Below, piece by piece: positions 13,174 to 26,495 of a stretch of DNA of 64,000 nt (positions are counted from its first letter, which is position 1; each line of letters begins with the position of its first letter). Made by a program: the position numbers and the translations under genes. The notes beneath the pieces are model-generated. The model was not told the origin of the DNA. It searched no databases and saw only the letters and a program-made list of their open reading frames with translations. Source of the stretch: Octopus sinensis (taxonomy: Eukaryota); NCBI RefSeq assembly GCF_006345805.1, contig NC_043001.1, forward strand, positions 122,884,001 through 122,948,000. Direction: 5' to 3'.

Positions 13174-13477
13174 ATATAATACACACATATATATATATGT
13201 ATGTATGTATGTATGTGTGTATACGTGTATGCATGTAATGTGTGTGTGTGTGTCGTGTCTGTGCTTGTGATTGTCCTCCACCACTGCTTGACAACGAATG
13301 TTGGTTTGTTTACATCCCTGTCACCTAGTGGTTTGACAAAGGAAACATAGAATAAGTACAATGCTTACAAAAATAAAACTGGAGTTGATTCATTAAACTA
13401 CAATTCTTCAAGTCATTGCCCCAGCATGGCCACAGACCAATGGCTGGAAAAGCAGAAGAATAAAAGAAGGCCTAACA

Positions 13478-13742
13478 GACCTGGTAGAAACAGCAGCCAA
13501 ATCTCCCTCAAATCACACCTTACTGTCTTATGTATGTATATATATATGAGCCAATGAGGGGGACCTCTACATGGTAGCTAGACCTGGTAGAAATAGCAGC
13601 CAAATTTCCCCCAAATCACACCTTACTGTCTTATCTATGTATATATGTATGTATGAGCCTATGAGAGAGATCCCTACATGGCAGCTAGACATGGTAGAAA
13701 TAGCAGCCAAATCTCCCTCAAATCACACCTTACTGACTTATC
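13478..13742 (+). repeat. Minisatellite-like tandem, about 2.5 copies of a 103-107-bp unit
   Basis: GAC(C/A)TGGTAGAAA(C/T)AGCAGCCAAAT...CAAATCACACCTTACTG starts at 13478, 13581 and 13688. Confidence 0.85.
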
Positions 13743-14229
13743 TTTCTGCTACTTGGATATAGGTCTTATATTCGTCGTAAAAAACTTTCCTGTCACACAC
13801 TCACGCACACGCACAACACACACCACACACACACGCGCACCCTCACACACCACACACGCGCGCACACACACACACACCACACACACTCACACACACGCAC
13901 GTTAGCTTACAATTTATTTATATATTTGCGTGTCTATGTGTGGAAAGAGGAAGTGGGAGGCAGAGTGAAAGAATCACTCACTACAGTAAGGGAATTACTT
14001 CATTTTATTCGTGCCCACTGTGTGTGTGCGTGTGCGTGTGGTGTAAACCAGACTAAGAAAAGCATTTGACACACACACAGAATGTGAGTTTTCTGTAAAT
14101 TTTGCTTAATTGGAGTTTAAATTTTAAAAACTGGACCTGGCATGACGCGATGCATTGTACTCTTAAAAATGCTAGGTAAATTGTAATTGAAGAAATCCTA
14201 TATTGTAGATTTTCTAACTCCCAAAGGAG

Positions 14230-15206
<977 letters not shown>

Positions 15207-15662
15207 GGCGTAGGAGTGGCTGTGTGGTAAGTAGGTTTCTTACGAACCACATGGTTCCGGATTCAGTCCCACTGCGTGCACCTTGGGTAAGTTGCTTCTA
15301 CTATAGCCTCGTGCAGACCAAAGCCTTTTGAGTGGATTTGGTAGACGGAAACTGAAAGAAGCCCGTCGTATATATATATATATATATATAATATTTAATA
15401 TATATATATATATTATATATATATATATGTATGTGTGTGTATATGCTTGTGTATCTGTGTAAATCCCCCCAACATCCTTTGACAACCGATGCTGGTGTGT
15501 TTACGTTCCCATAACTTAGCTGTTCGGCAAAACAGACCGATAGAATAAGCACTAGGCTTACAAACAATAAGTCCTGCGGTCGATTTTCTCGACTAAAGGT
15601 GATGCTCCAGCATTCCTAAACTGAGACAGAATGGCTACATAGTAACACGAAATAAAATAAGA
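15207..15662 (+). mobile_element. SINE family C, full length
   Basis: Head GGCGTAGGAGTGGCTGTGTGGTAAG...GGTTCCGGATTCAGTCCC, a central TA repeat, and the tail GATAGAATAAG...CTCCAGCA. Confidence 0.85.
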
Positions 15663-15689
15663 TCATATGCATTAAAATGGGCAAAAGCC

Positions 15690-16870
15690 AGCCAAGATGA
15701 AAGTCAGGACTTTGAAGCAACATGAACAGAAAGAATCTTGTTATACGACAAAAAACGAAAATCGCTGAAAAGCTACCAAGATACCTTGACCATAAAATTA
15801 CCAATTTTCATCGATTTATTATTGAAATGAGGCAAAGTCATCAGTTTCCTATGTTATGTATCGGAAACATTGATGAGACCCCATTAAACTTTGACATGAT
15901 GCGTGATAGAATGGTTAACATGAAAGGCGCAAAAACTGTGCATGTTAGAGACACGGGTCATGAAAAGACATGGTTTGCGGTCGTGTCGTATTATCGTGCG
16001 TGGCTAACGGAACGAAACTGAAACCCATGATAATTTTAAAGTGAAAAACTAAGCCTAAATTAAATTTTCGTTCTGGAGTATTTGTTCATTTTCACGAAAA
16101 AGGATGGATAGATAAGTATGGCATAAAATTGAGGATAGAAAATATTTGGAGCAGACGTCCTGGTGGGATAAAAAATGAAAGTCTATTGGTTTCGGATATG
16201 TTTTGTAGCCACATAACAGAGAACACTAAGGCCAGATTATCACGAAATAATAGTGATATTGCAGTTATACCTGGTAGTCTGACCACTTTACTGCAGCCAC
16301 TAGACGTCAGTCTAAACAAACAATTTAAAGATAATGTGAGAGAGATATGGAGCAATTGGATGCTGCACGGAGAGAAATTTTTTACAAAAGGCGTAGCTAT
16401 GCGTGCGACTTCAGTGGATGTTTTGTGTGAGTTTGTTATAAATGCATGGGGAAACGGGAAGAAAGAAAGTATAGTAAAATTATTAAAAATGCCGTATCTC
16501 TAATGCAATGGATGGTACGGATGATGATACGCTGTATGAGACTGAAGATGAAACCTAAGCAGATTCACCAGATTCTAAGTGGGACCCTTACATTGAAACT
16601 CTAAATGATTTGCTTGACGAACTTTTTGGGTCAGATGATGATGATTGTAGCAATTTAGAAGGATTAAATGTTTGAAACATATCTAAATAACAATGTATAT
16701 GTGGTATATTTAATATTTTTGTATTATTTTATTAAAATTGATAATCTTAGTGAAACATATTCTGTAATACTTTATCAAAATTCTTAATCTTTGTGAGGAA
16801 TAAAAGATTTTCTGTAGATTGTAGATTTTTAGGTAATGAGAGTTCTATTACATTATTGGTGTCGTATATT
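15690..16870 (+). pseudogene. pogo/Tigger-family DDD transposase relic
   Basis: Frameshifted translation contains KIAEKLP..., GNIDETPLNFDM, TGHEKT, HEKGWID, SLLVSDMF, AVIPGSLTTLLQPLDVSLNKQFKD and NAMDGTDD. All three catalytic Asp motifs of pogo are present. Confidence 0.92.
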
Positions 16871-17243
16871 AATGTGAATACAGGCAGAAGTAGTGGGGGA
16901 GCATCAAAGCCATGTGTTGAAAGGGATTCTTTGGGGTTTTAATAATTCACCTCTGGAAACATGGGTGTTTCGTTCAACATCCTTAAACAACCCTTATTCA
17001 GGGACCTTTTGAGCAGGATGGGTTACTCGACCTGAAGAAAATTCTAACTGGGCCCCACCTGCAAGGTCATGTGCTGTTTATCTTAATATGAGATCACCAT
17101 GTCGCGCACATATGGTTGTGATGCATGTGCCTAGTGTACCCTTATCAGACGGGTAGTCATGATGGGTATATTGGGCTTCTTATATTTTACCCCAGTGCGA
17201 AAAATACCTTAGGAATGATAACCCAGGTTCGAAATTTCCCCAA

Positions 17244-17289
17244 GACACCTGAAGAAGGCTGGAAGGTATATCAGCTGAAATGTTGTGTT
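17244..17289 (+). ncRNA. Minimal type I hammerhead ribozyme fold (Penelope-like terminal repeat fragment)
   Basis: GACAC-CTGAAGA-A-GGCTG(gaaggtatat)CAGCT-GAAA-TG-TT-GTGTT. Stem I GACAC/GTGTT, stem II GGCTG/CAGCT, both core boxes and a loopless near-palindromic helix III are present. Confidence 0.65.
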
Positions 17290-17545
17290 AACAAAAAAGA
17301 TGGGGACAAATATCCGTCGAATGTAAATAATGTACATAATTCCGGCGAGTATTTAAAGGGAAATTCGGCAGGATGGTCAGTCGCCCGCTGACATTCATTG
17401 ACGCTGCATCGAAGGAACCAAAGAACAACAGGCCAAGGAAAAAAGGAAAAAAAACACACTCAACACCAGAACTGGAGACACCTCCGAAAGTAGGGCCCCC
17501 GCTACGTCGAAAACAGTAGAGAAGTAGGGGCCGATGCGGACGTGG

Positions 17546-17623
17546 TTCTTCCTGATGATGTTCTTAGCCACTTGGATCCCATAAAGGGGTTGCTGAGGTA
17601 ACGAACCAGGAAACGTAGTTGAA
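17546..17623 (+). ncRNA. Second, degenerate hammerhead-like motif
   Basis: TTCTTC-CTGATGA-long stem II-GAAA-CG-TA-GTTGAA. Core boxes are intact and helix III is the palindrome ACGT, but stem I has 2 mismatches. Confidence 0.4.
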
Positions 17624-17778
17624 ATTCCTCCATGGAGTATTTTAAAAAAATAACTAGAGATAAGTATGTAATGAGGAAAAGACAATATTGTCATATTTTT
17701 TTCTCTTGCAAATATGGGAAACCACTCCAGACAGTTTCGGTCTTATTCTGGTCTCTTTATCACACTCATACGTGCTAA

Positions 17779-17783
<5 letters not shown>

Positions 17784-17843
<60 letters not shown>

Positions 17844-17900
17844 GCTCCTCGCTCTCTTTCTCTCTCTGTCGCTCACTCTTTCTCTCTCTCGCGGGCTCTT
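17784..17900. repeat. (CT)n microsatellite and CT-rich tract
   Basis: Pure (CT)n at about 17784-17841, then degenerate. Confidence 0.95.
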
Positions 17901-18451
17901 TTTCTCTCGCTCCACCCTGTCATCTCTCCCTTCCTCTATTTCCTTCTGTCCTACTTCAAAAGACAAAACTTTCTACCTCTCTCGTCTCACACACTCTCCC
18001 TCACATACACACATATCTGCATTTATGTTTTGTCGCTCTACTTTTCACACTTCGTTACACACATACACACACACCAACTTTCTCTCTCCCTCTCACCTTT
18101 CCTCCTACTTTTATATATTCTTTTATTCTCTATATTCAGACACTCTTTCCCTCATTCCAGTCATACTTACAATACCACCGCCGCTGAAACACACGCACGC
18201 GCGCCCGTTGACTTTCCCCCCCGTCTCCTCATTGTATACTCGTTCACATTGTTACCTATCTCTACATACTTATACTCTTTCACCGTCTCCCATTATATTA
18301 TTTTCACCGCCGTCACCCAAACATTTACACCCTTGCACCCTCGTCTTACACACACCACCAATACGACAACATCCACCACTGCCGTGTGAACCCCCCCCCT
18401 CCCGCCCTCCCATCCATCACATATATATCAACACTAACGTATGTGTGTGAG

Positions 18452-18482
<31 letters not shown>

Positions 18483-18659
18483 ACCGGGCGGTTTTTAAGC
18501 TCGTATATAGCTTTTAAACAACTGACCCCGAATGAGAAGATCTGCCAACAGATCACTGTCTTGTTTTGGAGAGTTTGTTGTAATTGCTTCCTCCAGTGTC
18601 ATATTCCAATGATAAAAATTTTTATCCCCCCCCCCACCTCCCTCCAAAAAAAGAAATCC

Positions 18660-20094
18660 TGTAAAAAAATCGCCGGAAACAATTGCATTAATGAAAACAT
18701 AGGAATCCAAAATTTCAGGATTGTAGGTCCAGATTCGGCCCGGAATGTTTTTAATTTACTCACGGGAGTTGGCCTTTAGATGATAAAAATTGTTATGGTA
18801 CAAAAAAATTTGTTTGTCGCAAAAAGTCACATAAAAAATTGCCGAAAACAGTCACAGTAATGAAAATCTGGGAATCCAAAATTTCAAGATTGCGGGTTTA
18901 GATTCGGCCCAAAATGTTTTTATTTACTCACGGGAGTTGGCCTTAGATGATAAAAATTGTTATGGTACAAAAAAAATTGTCGCAAAAAGTCACATAAAAA
19001 AATTGCCGAAAACAGTCACAGTAATGAAAATCTGGAATCCAAAATTTCAAGATTGCGGGTTAGATCGGCCCAAAATGTTTTTAATTTACTCACGGTTGGC
19101 CTTTAGATGATAAAAATTGTTATGGTACAAAAAAAATTTGTCGCAAAAAGTCACATAAAAAATTGCCGAAAACAGTCACAGTAATGAAAATCTGGGAATC
19201 CAAATTTTTCAAGATTGCGGGTTTAGATTCGGCCCAAAATGTTTTTACTTTACTCACGGGAGTTGGCCTTTAGATGATAAAAATTGGTTATGGTAACAAA
19301 AAAAATTTGTCGCAAAAAGTCACATAAACAATTGCCGAAAACGTCACAGTAATGGAAAATCGGGTAATTCAAAATTTCAAGATTGCGGGTTTAGATTCGG
19401 CCAAAATGTTTTTAATTTACTCACGGGAGTTGGCCTTTAGATGATAAAAATTGTTATGGTACAAAAAAAATTTGTCGCAAAAAGTCACATAAAAAAATTG
19501 CCGAAAACAGTCACAGTAATGAAAATCTGGGAATCCAAAATTTCAAGATTGCGGGTTTAGATTCGGCCCAAAATGTTTTTAATTTACTCACGGGAGTTGG
19601 CCTTTAGATGATAAAAATTGTTATGGTACAAAAAAAATTTGTCGCAAAAAGTCACATAAAAAAATTGCCGAAAACAGTCACAGTAATGAAAATCTGGGAA
19701 TCCAAAATTTCAAGATTGCGGGTTTAGATTCGGCCCAAAATGTTTTTAATTTACTCACGGGAGTTGGCCTTTAGATGATAAAAATGTTATGGTACAAAAA
19801 AAATTTGTCGCAAAAAGTCACATAAAAAAATTGCCGAAAACAGTCACAGTAATGAAAATCTGGGAATCCAAAATTTCAAGATTGCGGGTTTAGATTCGGC
19901 CCAAAATGTTTTTAATTTACTCACGGGAGTTGGCCTTTAGATGATAAAAATTGTTATGGTACAAAAAAAATTTGTCGCAAAAAGTCACATAAAAAAATTG
20001 CCGAAAACAGTCACAGTAATGAAAATCTGGGAATCCAAAATTTCAAGATTGCGGGTTTAGATTCGGCCCAAAATGTTTTTAATTTACTCACGGG
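18660..20094 (+). repeat. 167-bp tandem satellite, about 8.5 copies
   Basis: The motif ATGATAAAAA recurs at 18780, 18947, 19107, 19274, 19441, 19608, 19775 and 19941 (period 160-167 bp). Confidence 0.97.
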
Positions 20095-20179
20095 GTCAGC
20101 CTAATTTCATAACGGTATGATATGTTGGGCTACGGCCTCTAGGAGTAAAGTTGAAAAAGTATGACACACTGTCATTCAC

Positions 20180-20645
20180 ATTGGCAGAATCGTTAGCACG
20201 CCGGGCGAAACGCTTAGCGTATTTCGTCTGCGTTACGTTGTGAGTTCAAATTCCGCCGAGGTCGACTTTGCCTTTCATCCTTTCGGGGTCGATAAATTAA
20301 GTACCAGTTAGGCTCTGGGGTCGATGTAATCGACTTAATACCTATGTCTGTCCTTGTTTGTCCCCTCTATGTTTAGCCCCTTGTGGGTAATAAAGAAATA
20401 GGTATTTCGTCTGCCGCTACGTTCTGAGTTCAAATTCCGCCAGGGTCGACTTTGCCTTTCATCCTTTCGGGGTCGATTAAAAATGTGCCAGTTACGCACT
20501 GGAGTCGATGTAATCGACTTAATGCGTTTGTTCCCTTGTGGGCAGTAAAGAAATAGGTATTTCGTTTGCCATTAGGTTTTGAGTTCGAATTCCGCTGAGG
20601 TCGACTTTGCCTTTCATCTTTTCGGGGTCGATAAAATTAGTACCA
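20180..20645 (+). mobile_element. SINE family A with tandemly repeated body (3 units)
   Basis: Head TTGGCAGAATCGTTAGCACGCCGGGCG, followed by three GAGTTC(A/G)AATTCCGC...GTCGACTTTGCC units. Confidence 0.85.
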
Positions 20646-21360
20646 AAATTTGAGGCATTGTAATTCCAATAAAAAGGATTTATTAAAGTTGAAAAAGTGT
20701 GACACATTTATCATATTAGATATGTCCAAATTGGGGGAAACTTTATTTCCATGAAAGTGTATATGTATCAAAGAAAGCAAAACAAAAATGATAGTGTTCA
20801 GTATGTTGGTCACTGGAATTTCTGTCAAAGAGATATGGTTAAACAAAGTTGTACATCATCTCCCTCTTTCTCTCTTATTATTACTGCCACTACTTTTAAT
20901 CAAACATCAACTCTCCCTAAATTTCTTTGTCTCTCTCTCTCTCTCTTCTCTCTCTGTCTGTCTTCTCCACCGCCCTCACCGTCCCTATACTTACTATTAC
21001 TCTCACCCCAGCACGAGGAATAGCAGAAGTGTCATTGATTAGTGAGAGAGGGGGGTCAAAGTGTGACGCACTAACACACAAATTAGTTTTCGCATTTATT
21101 GTGTGTATATATACACACAAACACACACACATATATGTAAATATATACGTGTGTGTGTGTGTTTGTGTGTCCCCCACTATCGCTTGACAACCGTTATTGG
21201 TATGTTTACGTCCCCATAACTTAGTGATTCGGCAAAAGAGACCGATAGAATAAGTACTAGGCTGTACAAAGAATAAGTCCTGGGTTTGATTTGCTCGACT
21301 AAGGCGGTACTCTAGCATGGACGCAGTCAATAACTGAAAAAAGAAATATATATATTATAT

Positions 21361-21393
<33 letters not shown>

Positions 21394-21440
21394 CTATATA
21401 TATATATATATATATATATAATAAATATATATAATATATT

Positions 21441-21504
<64 letters not shown>

Positions 21505-22520
21505 CTGGGTGCGTAAGATATTTGAGGACAGATTTATGTTTATAGAAGAAAAGATATAAAATAACAGATAATAACTTTATCAAAAGTTGCTATGAGGATA
21601 AAAATAAACATTCTTTTCTATAATGTTATTCAATAAAACCACCTTCAGTTTCAACAACTGCTTCTGTATGCGATCTAAATCCTCTACATGCTCGAATTAC
21701 ATGGTCCTGGTTCATATTGGACATTGCTCTGACTATGCCAACTTTCATAGAATCTTTTGTGTTATGAGCGTGTTCATTGAGCTCTCTCTCAACAACGCTC
21801 CACATGTTATAGTCCAATGGATTGAGATCTGGGGAATTAGGAGGCCAAATGCTAAGGGTTATGTGATCAGGAAAATTTTCAGCCACCCATTCCTGTGTTA
21901 CTAGTTCGATATGTGATAGTGCAGGGTCTTACTGAAACACATATGGCCTTCCATTGCATACACTGTCTATCCAGGGATTAACAATTATTTCCAGGACCTC
22001 AATCTAGGCGGCAGATTTAACTCTAAGGCCTTGTAGAAAAAAGTAAGGAAGCATCACATGTGTTTCATTGCTGACAACCCCTAAAACTATGACAGTTGCA
22101 GGAAATTTTGTATGCACATAACCATCTGTCGTTTCTTCTGTTAACTTTTGAATTTTGGTCGAAGTTTTTCTCGTATGAGAAATTTTTTTGTGCTGGATTT
22201 TTCAGTTTAAGAGCCTTTTAGAATCTGATGTAATTACTTTCTTTTGCTTTTTCTGACAAATTGACCTTTCCTCAACATATAAGACTGCTACCTGATGTCT
22301 TCGTGGACAACATTTCTGACTGTTCCTTCTGACACATGGAGATCTTTTACAACTGACCTCGTGGACTTTCTGGGATTGTAATGAATGGTCTATTGAGCTT
22401 GCTGGATAAATTCAGGTGTTGTGATGATTTCAGAGCGTTTAGAATGCTTTTATGCTTTGATACTGGTGATACGTTTCTATCTTTAGTCTCTGCGATATCT
22501 TCAACATAAAATGTCAAGAT
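21505..22520 (-). pseudogene. Tc1/mariner-superfamily (maT/DD37D-like) transposase relic with right TIR
   Basis: Minus frames give VSEGTVRNVVHEDIR, VNPWIDSVCNGRPYVFQ*D and WPPNSPDLNPLDYNMW...HNTKDS...FRSHTEAVVETEGGFIE*. The terminus TA|CTGGGTGCG is at 21505. Confidence 0.85.
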
Positions 22521-22607
22521 AAGATATCAAATGCCAAAATCTTAGAAAAATGTGATATCTCCAGTATCAAAAGCATGCTGATATGAATTCAGTGCAGATG
22601 GGTTGGA

Positions 22608-22800
22608 CATGTTGTCCGAATGAAGGATGACGGCATTCTGAAAATTCTTTTGTATGGCCAACAAGTAGAGGAATACCGTGGTAAAGGAAGACCTCTCTTC
22701 GGGTATAAGGATAAGTTGAAGCAATCAGCATAGTTTCTACAGATTAACTTGACAGCTTGGGGAAGCCATTGCCCATATTGATCTGCATGACGTAAAATGT
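22608..22800 (+). mobile_element. RTE (BovB-like) LINE 3' ORF fragment
   Basis: WVGHVVRMKDDGILKILLYGQQVEEYRGKGRPLFGYKDKLK matches the RTE C-terminal WxGHVxRM...GRP..RYKD motif. Confidence 0.8.
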
Positions 22801-22879
22801 ATCATGATGCATCAAAACATTTTGAGTTGAAGAAACAGAACAATAAATGAATTATGTCCCGCAATCATCAGACACATTT

Positions 22880-23316
22880 GGGATCTTTTCGGTTTGACCG
22901 GCAGTTTTTAAAAACAATTTCCACGTAACTAAACACTTTTAAACTTCGTATACTGGTAGAATGTGTTTATAAAACATCTTTTTCTCTTGGCTTTATTGAG
23001 AAGATTCTGTAGTTTGTAAGATATTTGTTGTTGTTGTTTTTTCTTCAATTTCTGCAATTTCAACCAATCAATGACGTCTATTGAGGTGAAAACATTCTGT
23101 GCCGTATGAATATGTCCCTCGTTTAAGAAACAGATTGGGTTTATTTACATTTCTGAAGAAAAAAGATACCCTTCCCCCTACTCCTAACCCTAACCCTAAC
23201 TAACCTAACCCTAACCCAGATTGAAATGCAATAGATCGATTCTAGGGTCATAATTATGGGTGACAATTTCATATGATACCGCTAGAAAAAACTGCCGGTC
23301 AAACCGAAAAGATCCC
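22880..23316. mobile_element. MITE with about 29-bp TIRs containing a (CCCTAA)n-like tract
   Basis: GGGATCTTTTCGGTTTGACCGGCAGTTTT at 22880 and its exact reverse complement ending at 23316. CCTAACCCTAACCCTAAC... lies at 23183-23217. Confidence 0.85.
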
Positions 23317-23363
23317 ACGTTTGTCCGGTTCCCGGCAAAAATCAAAATCATCAGTGTCCGCAC

Positions 23364-23411
<48 letters not shown>

Positions 23412-23719
23412 TTGTTTGTTCCTTAGCGGTTCGGTAAAGGAATCTGATAGAATAAGTACTAGGCTTTACAAAGATTAAGTCCTGGGGTCGATTTGTGCGA
23501 CTAAAAGGCGGTACTCCAGCATGGCCGCAGTCAAATGACTGAAACAAGTAAAAGAATACACCCACATAAACAGACATAGGATATATATATACATATATAT
23601 ATATAATATACTAATATTGAGGTGTCAGCAAAAGAAATGCATCACCACATACCGAGTACAGAAATAGCAGCCAAAATCTAAGCCATTTCTTCTAATTAAT
23701 TAGTTTTACCCTTAATTGC

Positions 23720-23778
<59 letters not shown>

Positions 23779-23843
23779 ATATATATATCTATATATATAT
23801 ATATATATATATGTCTATATGAGCATATACCTATGTATGTGAG

Positions 23844-23883
<40 letters not shown>

Positions 23884-24293
23884 TGCCTGTATATGAGCAT
23901 ATACCTATGTATATATATGTTTGTATACGTGGAGACTGATTACACAGGAATGCATTTCTTTTAGCATTCATCTACTTCTCAAATCTCCATTTCTCGGGCA
24001 CATACCTACCTTTAAATTATACCGAAATCCCCTTACACACACTACCTCGTGCCTTGTAGTCCTCTTTGTTTGGTTGTCCAAGGCAGAGTCACTTTTATAA
24101 AAAGGAAGTCTAGAGTTGCTTTGTTCTTTTTCGTTTCTTTCTTTTTTCTTTTTCTGCTATGTTATTTTTTTTTTTTTGAATCAAAAGTACGAAGAAGCAA
24201 AAGTTTTCCCGCCACTTCTTAGTTACGTAAATTACGCGACGGGTTCGATTCTCGGTGATAAATATTGAACTTAGCTACATTTTGCTTTGCGAG

Positions 24294-24363
<70 letters not shown>

Positions 24364-24373
24364 AATATATGTA

Positions 24374-24408
<35 letters not shown>

Positions 24409-24644
24409 ATATATGTAGGTGTCTTTCTGTATCTGTTTATTCCCCATCAACGCTTGACAACCAGTGGTGGTGTGTTTACGTCCCCCTAACTTAATGGTTC
24501 GTCAAAAGAAACCAATAAAATGATTACTAAGCTTGAAAAAAAAAATCCTAGGGTAGATTTGTTTGACTCTAAAGTCCTTCGAGGCGGTGCCCCTGGATAG
24601 GTACAGTCAAGTGAGTGAAACAAGCAAAAGATAATAATAAAAGA

Positions 24645-24681
<37 letters not shown>

Positions 24682-24813
24682 TGAAAAAAATCTCACATCC
24701 CAGTCTCGTGGTTTCGTGTTCAATCTCAATGCGCGGCACTTTGGGAGGAAGTGTCGAACAAAGCCTCGTGAGTAAATTTGGTTGATGGAAACATAAACAC
24801 GCCCGTCGTAAGT

Positions 24814-24852
<39 letters not shown>

Positions 24853-25412
24853 TGTGTGCGCGCGCGCGCGTATATTTGTCTCTGTTCCCCGCCCGCACCG
24901 CTTAACGGTTTGATCATGTCCAGGTAACTTATCAGTTCGGCAAAAAAAAAAAAAATAAAAATAAAAAAACGCTAAAAGAAGTACCGCCCTTAAAAGCAGT
25001 ACTCCAACATGGCTGCAGTCCAATGACTGACACAAATAAAAAATAAAAGATTAAGATCTGAGTGTGTCAAATAGTCCCATGCTCTCTTTCATCCAGTAAG
25101 TATAAGAAACTTCAAATGAACAAAGCGTGAACCTGTTAATTCGCTCGACCTGGGAAGAAAAAGCAGCAGCCAAAATCTCTCAAACAAAAAAAAAGGGAAG
25201 GATATTTTGGTAGTGATTTCTGTTGTGTATGTGTGTGCGTGTGCGTGTGTATGGTGAGGGGAGAGTAGCTATGGTGTGAATGGCGAGATAGTCACGGCTG
25301 GAATAAATTTGATTGTGGATTCGATCGAGCAGAGCTTGATAGAGGTTAAATAACTACAATAACATATCCGATAAAACTTACGCAGACGGGTACAGTAGCA
25401 GTGTATATATAT

Positions 25413-25460
<48 letters not shown>

Positions 25461-25507
25461 TATATATATATAGATAGATAGATAATAGATAGATAGATAG
25501 ATAGATA

Positions 25508-25667
25508 TAAGAGGGAATTTTTTAACTACTATGTGGAAACCCTTATGCTAGAAGAAGATCCACTTAATATATATATGTGGTAATTTTTTAACCACTATGT
25601 GGAAACCCTTATGCTAGAAGAAGATCCGCTGTCTCCACATAGTGGTTAAAAATTGCCCTCTTATATT
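25508..25667. repeat. Small inverted-repeat element with an internal 45-bp direct duplication
   Basis: AATTTTTTAAC(T/C)ACTATGTGGAAACCCTTATGCTAGAAGAAGATCC occurs twice (about 25516 and 25583), and CCACATAGTGGTTAAAAATTGCCCTCTTA is inverted at about 25637-25665. Confidence 0.7.
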
Positions 25668-25788
25668 TATGAACCTCAGCGTTTTTATATGCTAGACCAC
25701 TGGTGTAAAATTGATGTTATCAAATTCATATCCAATTTTTCATCATTTCATTCTAATTTTGATTTTAAATTATATATATATTATATAT

Positions 25789-25819
<31 letters not shown>

Positions 25820-25889
25820 TATATATATATACATACTTAAACTTACACACGCGCACACACACGCACACGCACACACACCACACACATAT

Positions 25890-26222
25890 ATATGAATGCT
25901 TCCCAACCACATGGCTCCGACTTCTGTCCCACTGCGTAAACACCTTAGGCAGGTATTTTCTACTTATTGCCTCGAGCCGACCAACAACTTATGAGTGGAG
26001 ATGGGGGGAAGAAAACTGAAAGACTGTTGCCGATAATACCCAAACACAAATATATATTTATATATTTGTATGTGTATATATATGGGTGTGTGTGTGCATC
26101 TATACACACACACATATATATATATATATACATGCATACACACACACACACGCACATATATATATATATACACACGTATATGTGTATAAAAAGTCATTGC
26201 ATATTTCTCCTTTTTGTGTGTG

Positions 26223-26253
<31 letters not shown>

Positions 26254-26495
26254 ATGTGTGTGTGTGTATACGCACGAGCCTGTGTGTCTTTCTGTCTGTG
26301 CTTGTCTCCACTCCCAACGCTTGACAACCGGGGTTGGTGTGCTTACGTCCCCATAACTTAAAGACGTAGGCAAAATTGGCCGATAGAATAAGTTCCAGGC
26401 TTGAAAGAACATAAGTGCTGGGGTCGCTTCATTCGATTAAAAATTCTTCAAGATATTGCTCCAGCATGACCGCACGTAACTGACTGAAGCAAAAG
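25890..26495 (+). mobile_element. SINE family C with expanded internal microsatellite
   Basis: Head remnant at 25890-26030, about 260 bp of TA/CA repeats, and tail at 26290-26495. Confidence 0.7.

Noticed and set aside
17244-17623. The two hammerhead motifs acting as a heterodimer
   Set aside because: Helix III could cross-pair, but stem I could not (GACAC versus GUUGA), so an active heterodimer is not supported.
18660-20094. Regular repeat array as a CRISPR-like locus
   Set aside because: Units are contiguous and homogeneous with no unique spacers, and the context is eukaryotic. It is a satellite. The scattered 1-bp indels in units 2-4 may be long-read errors.
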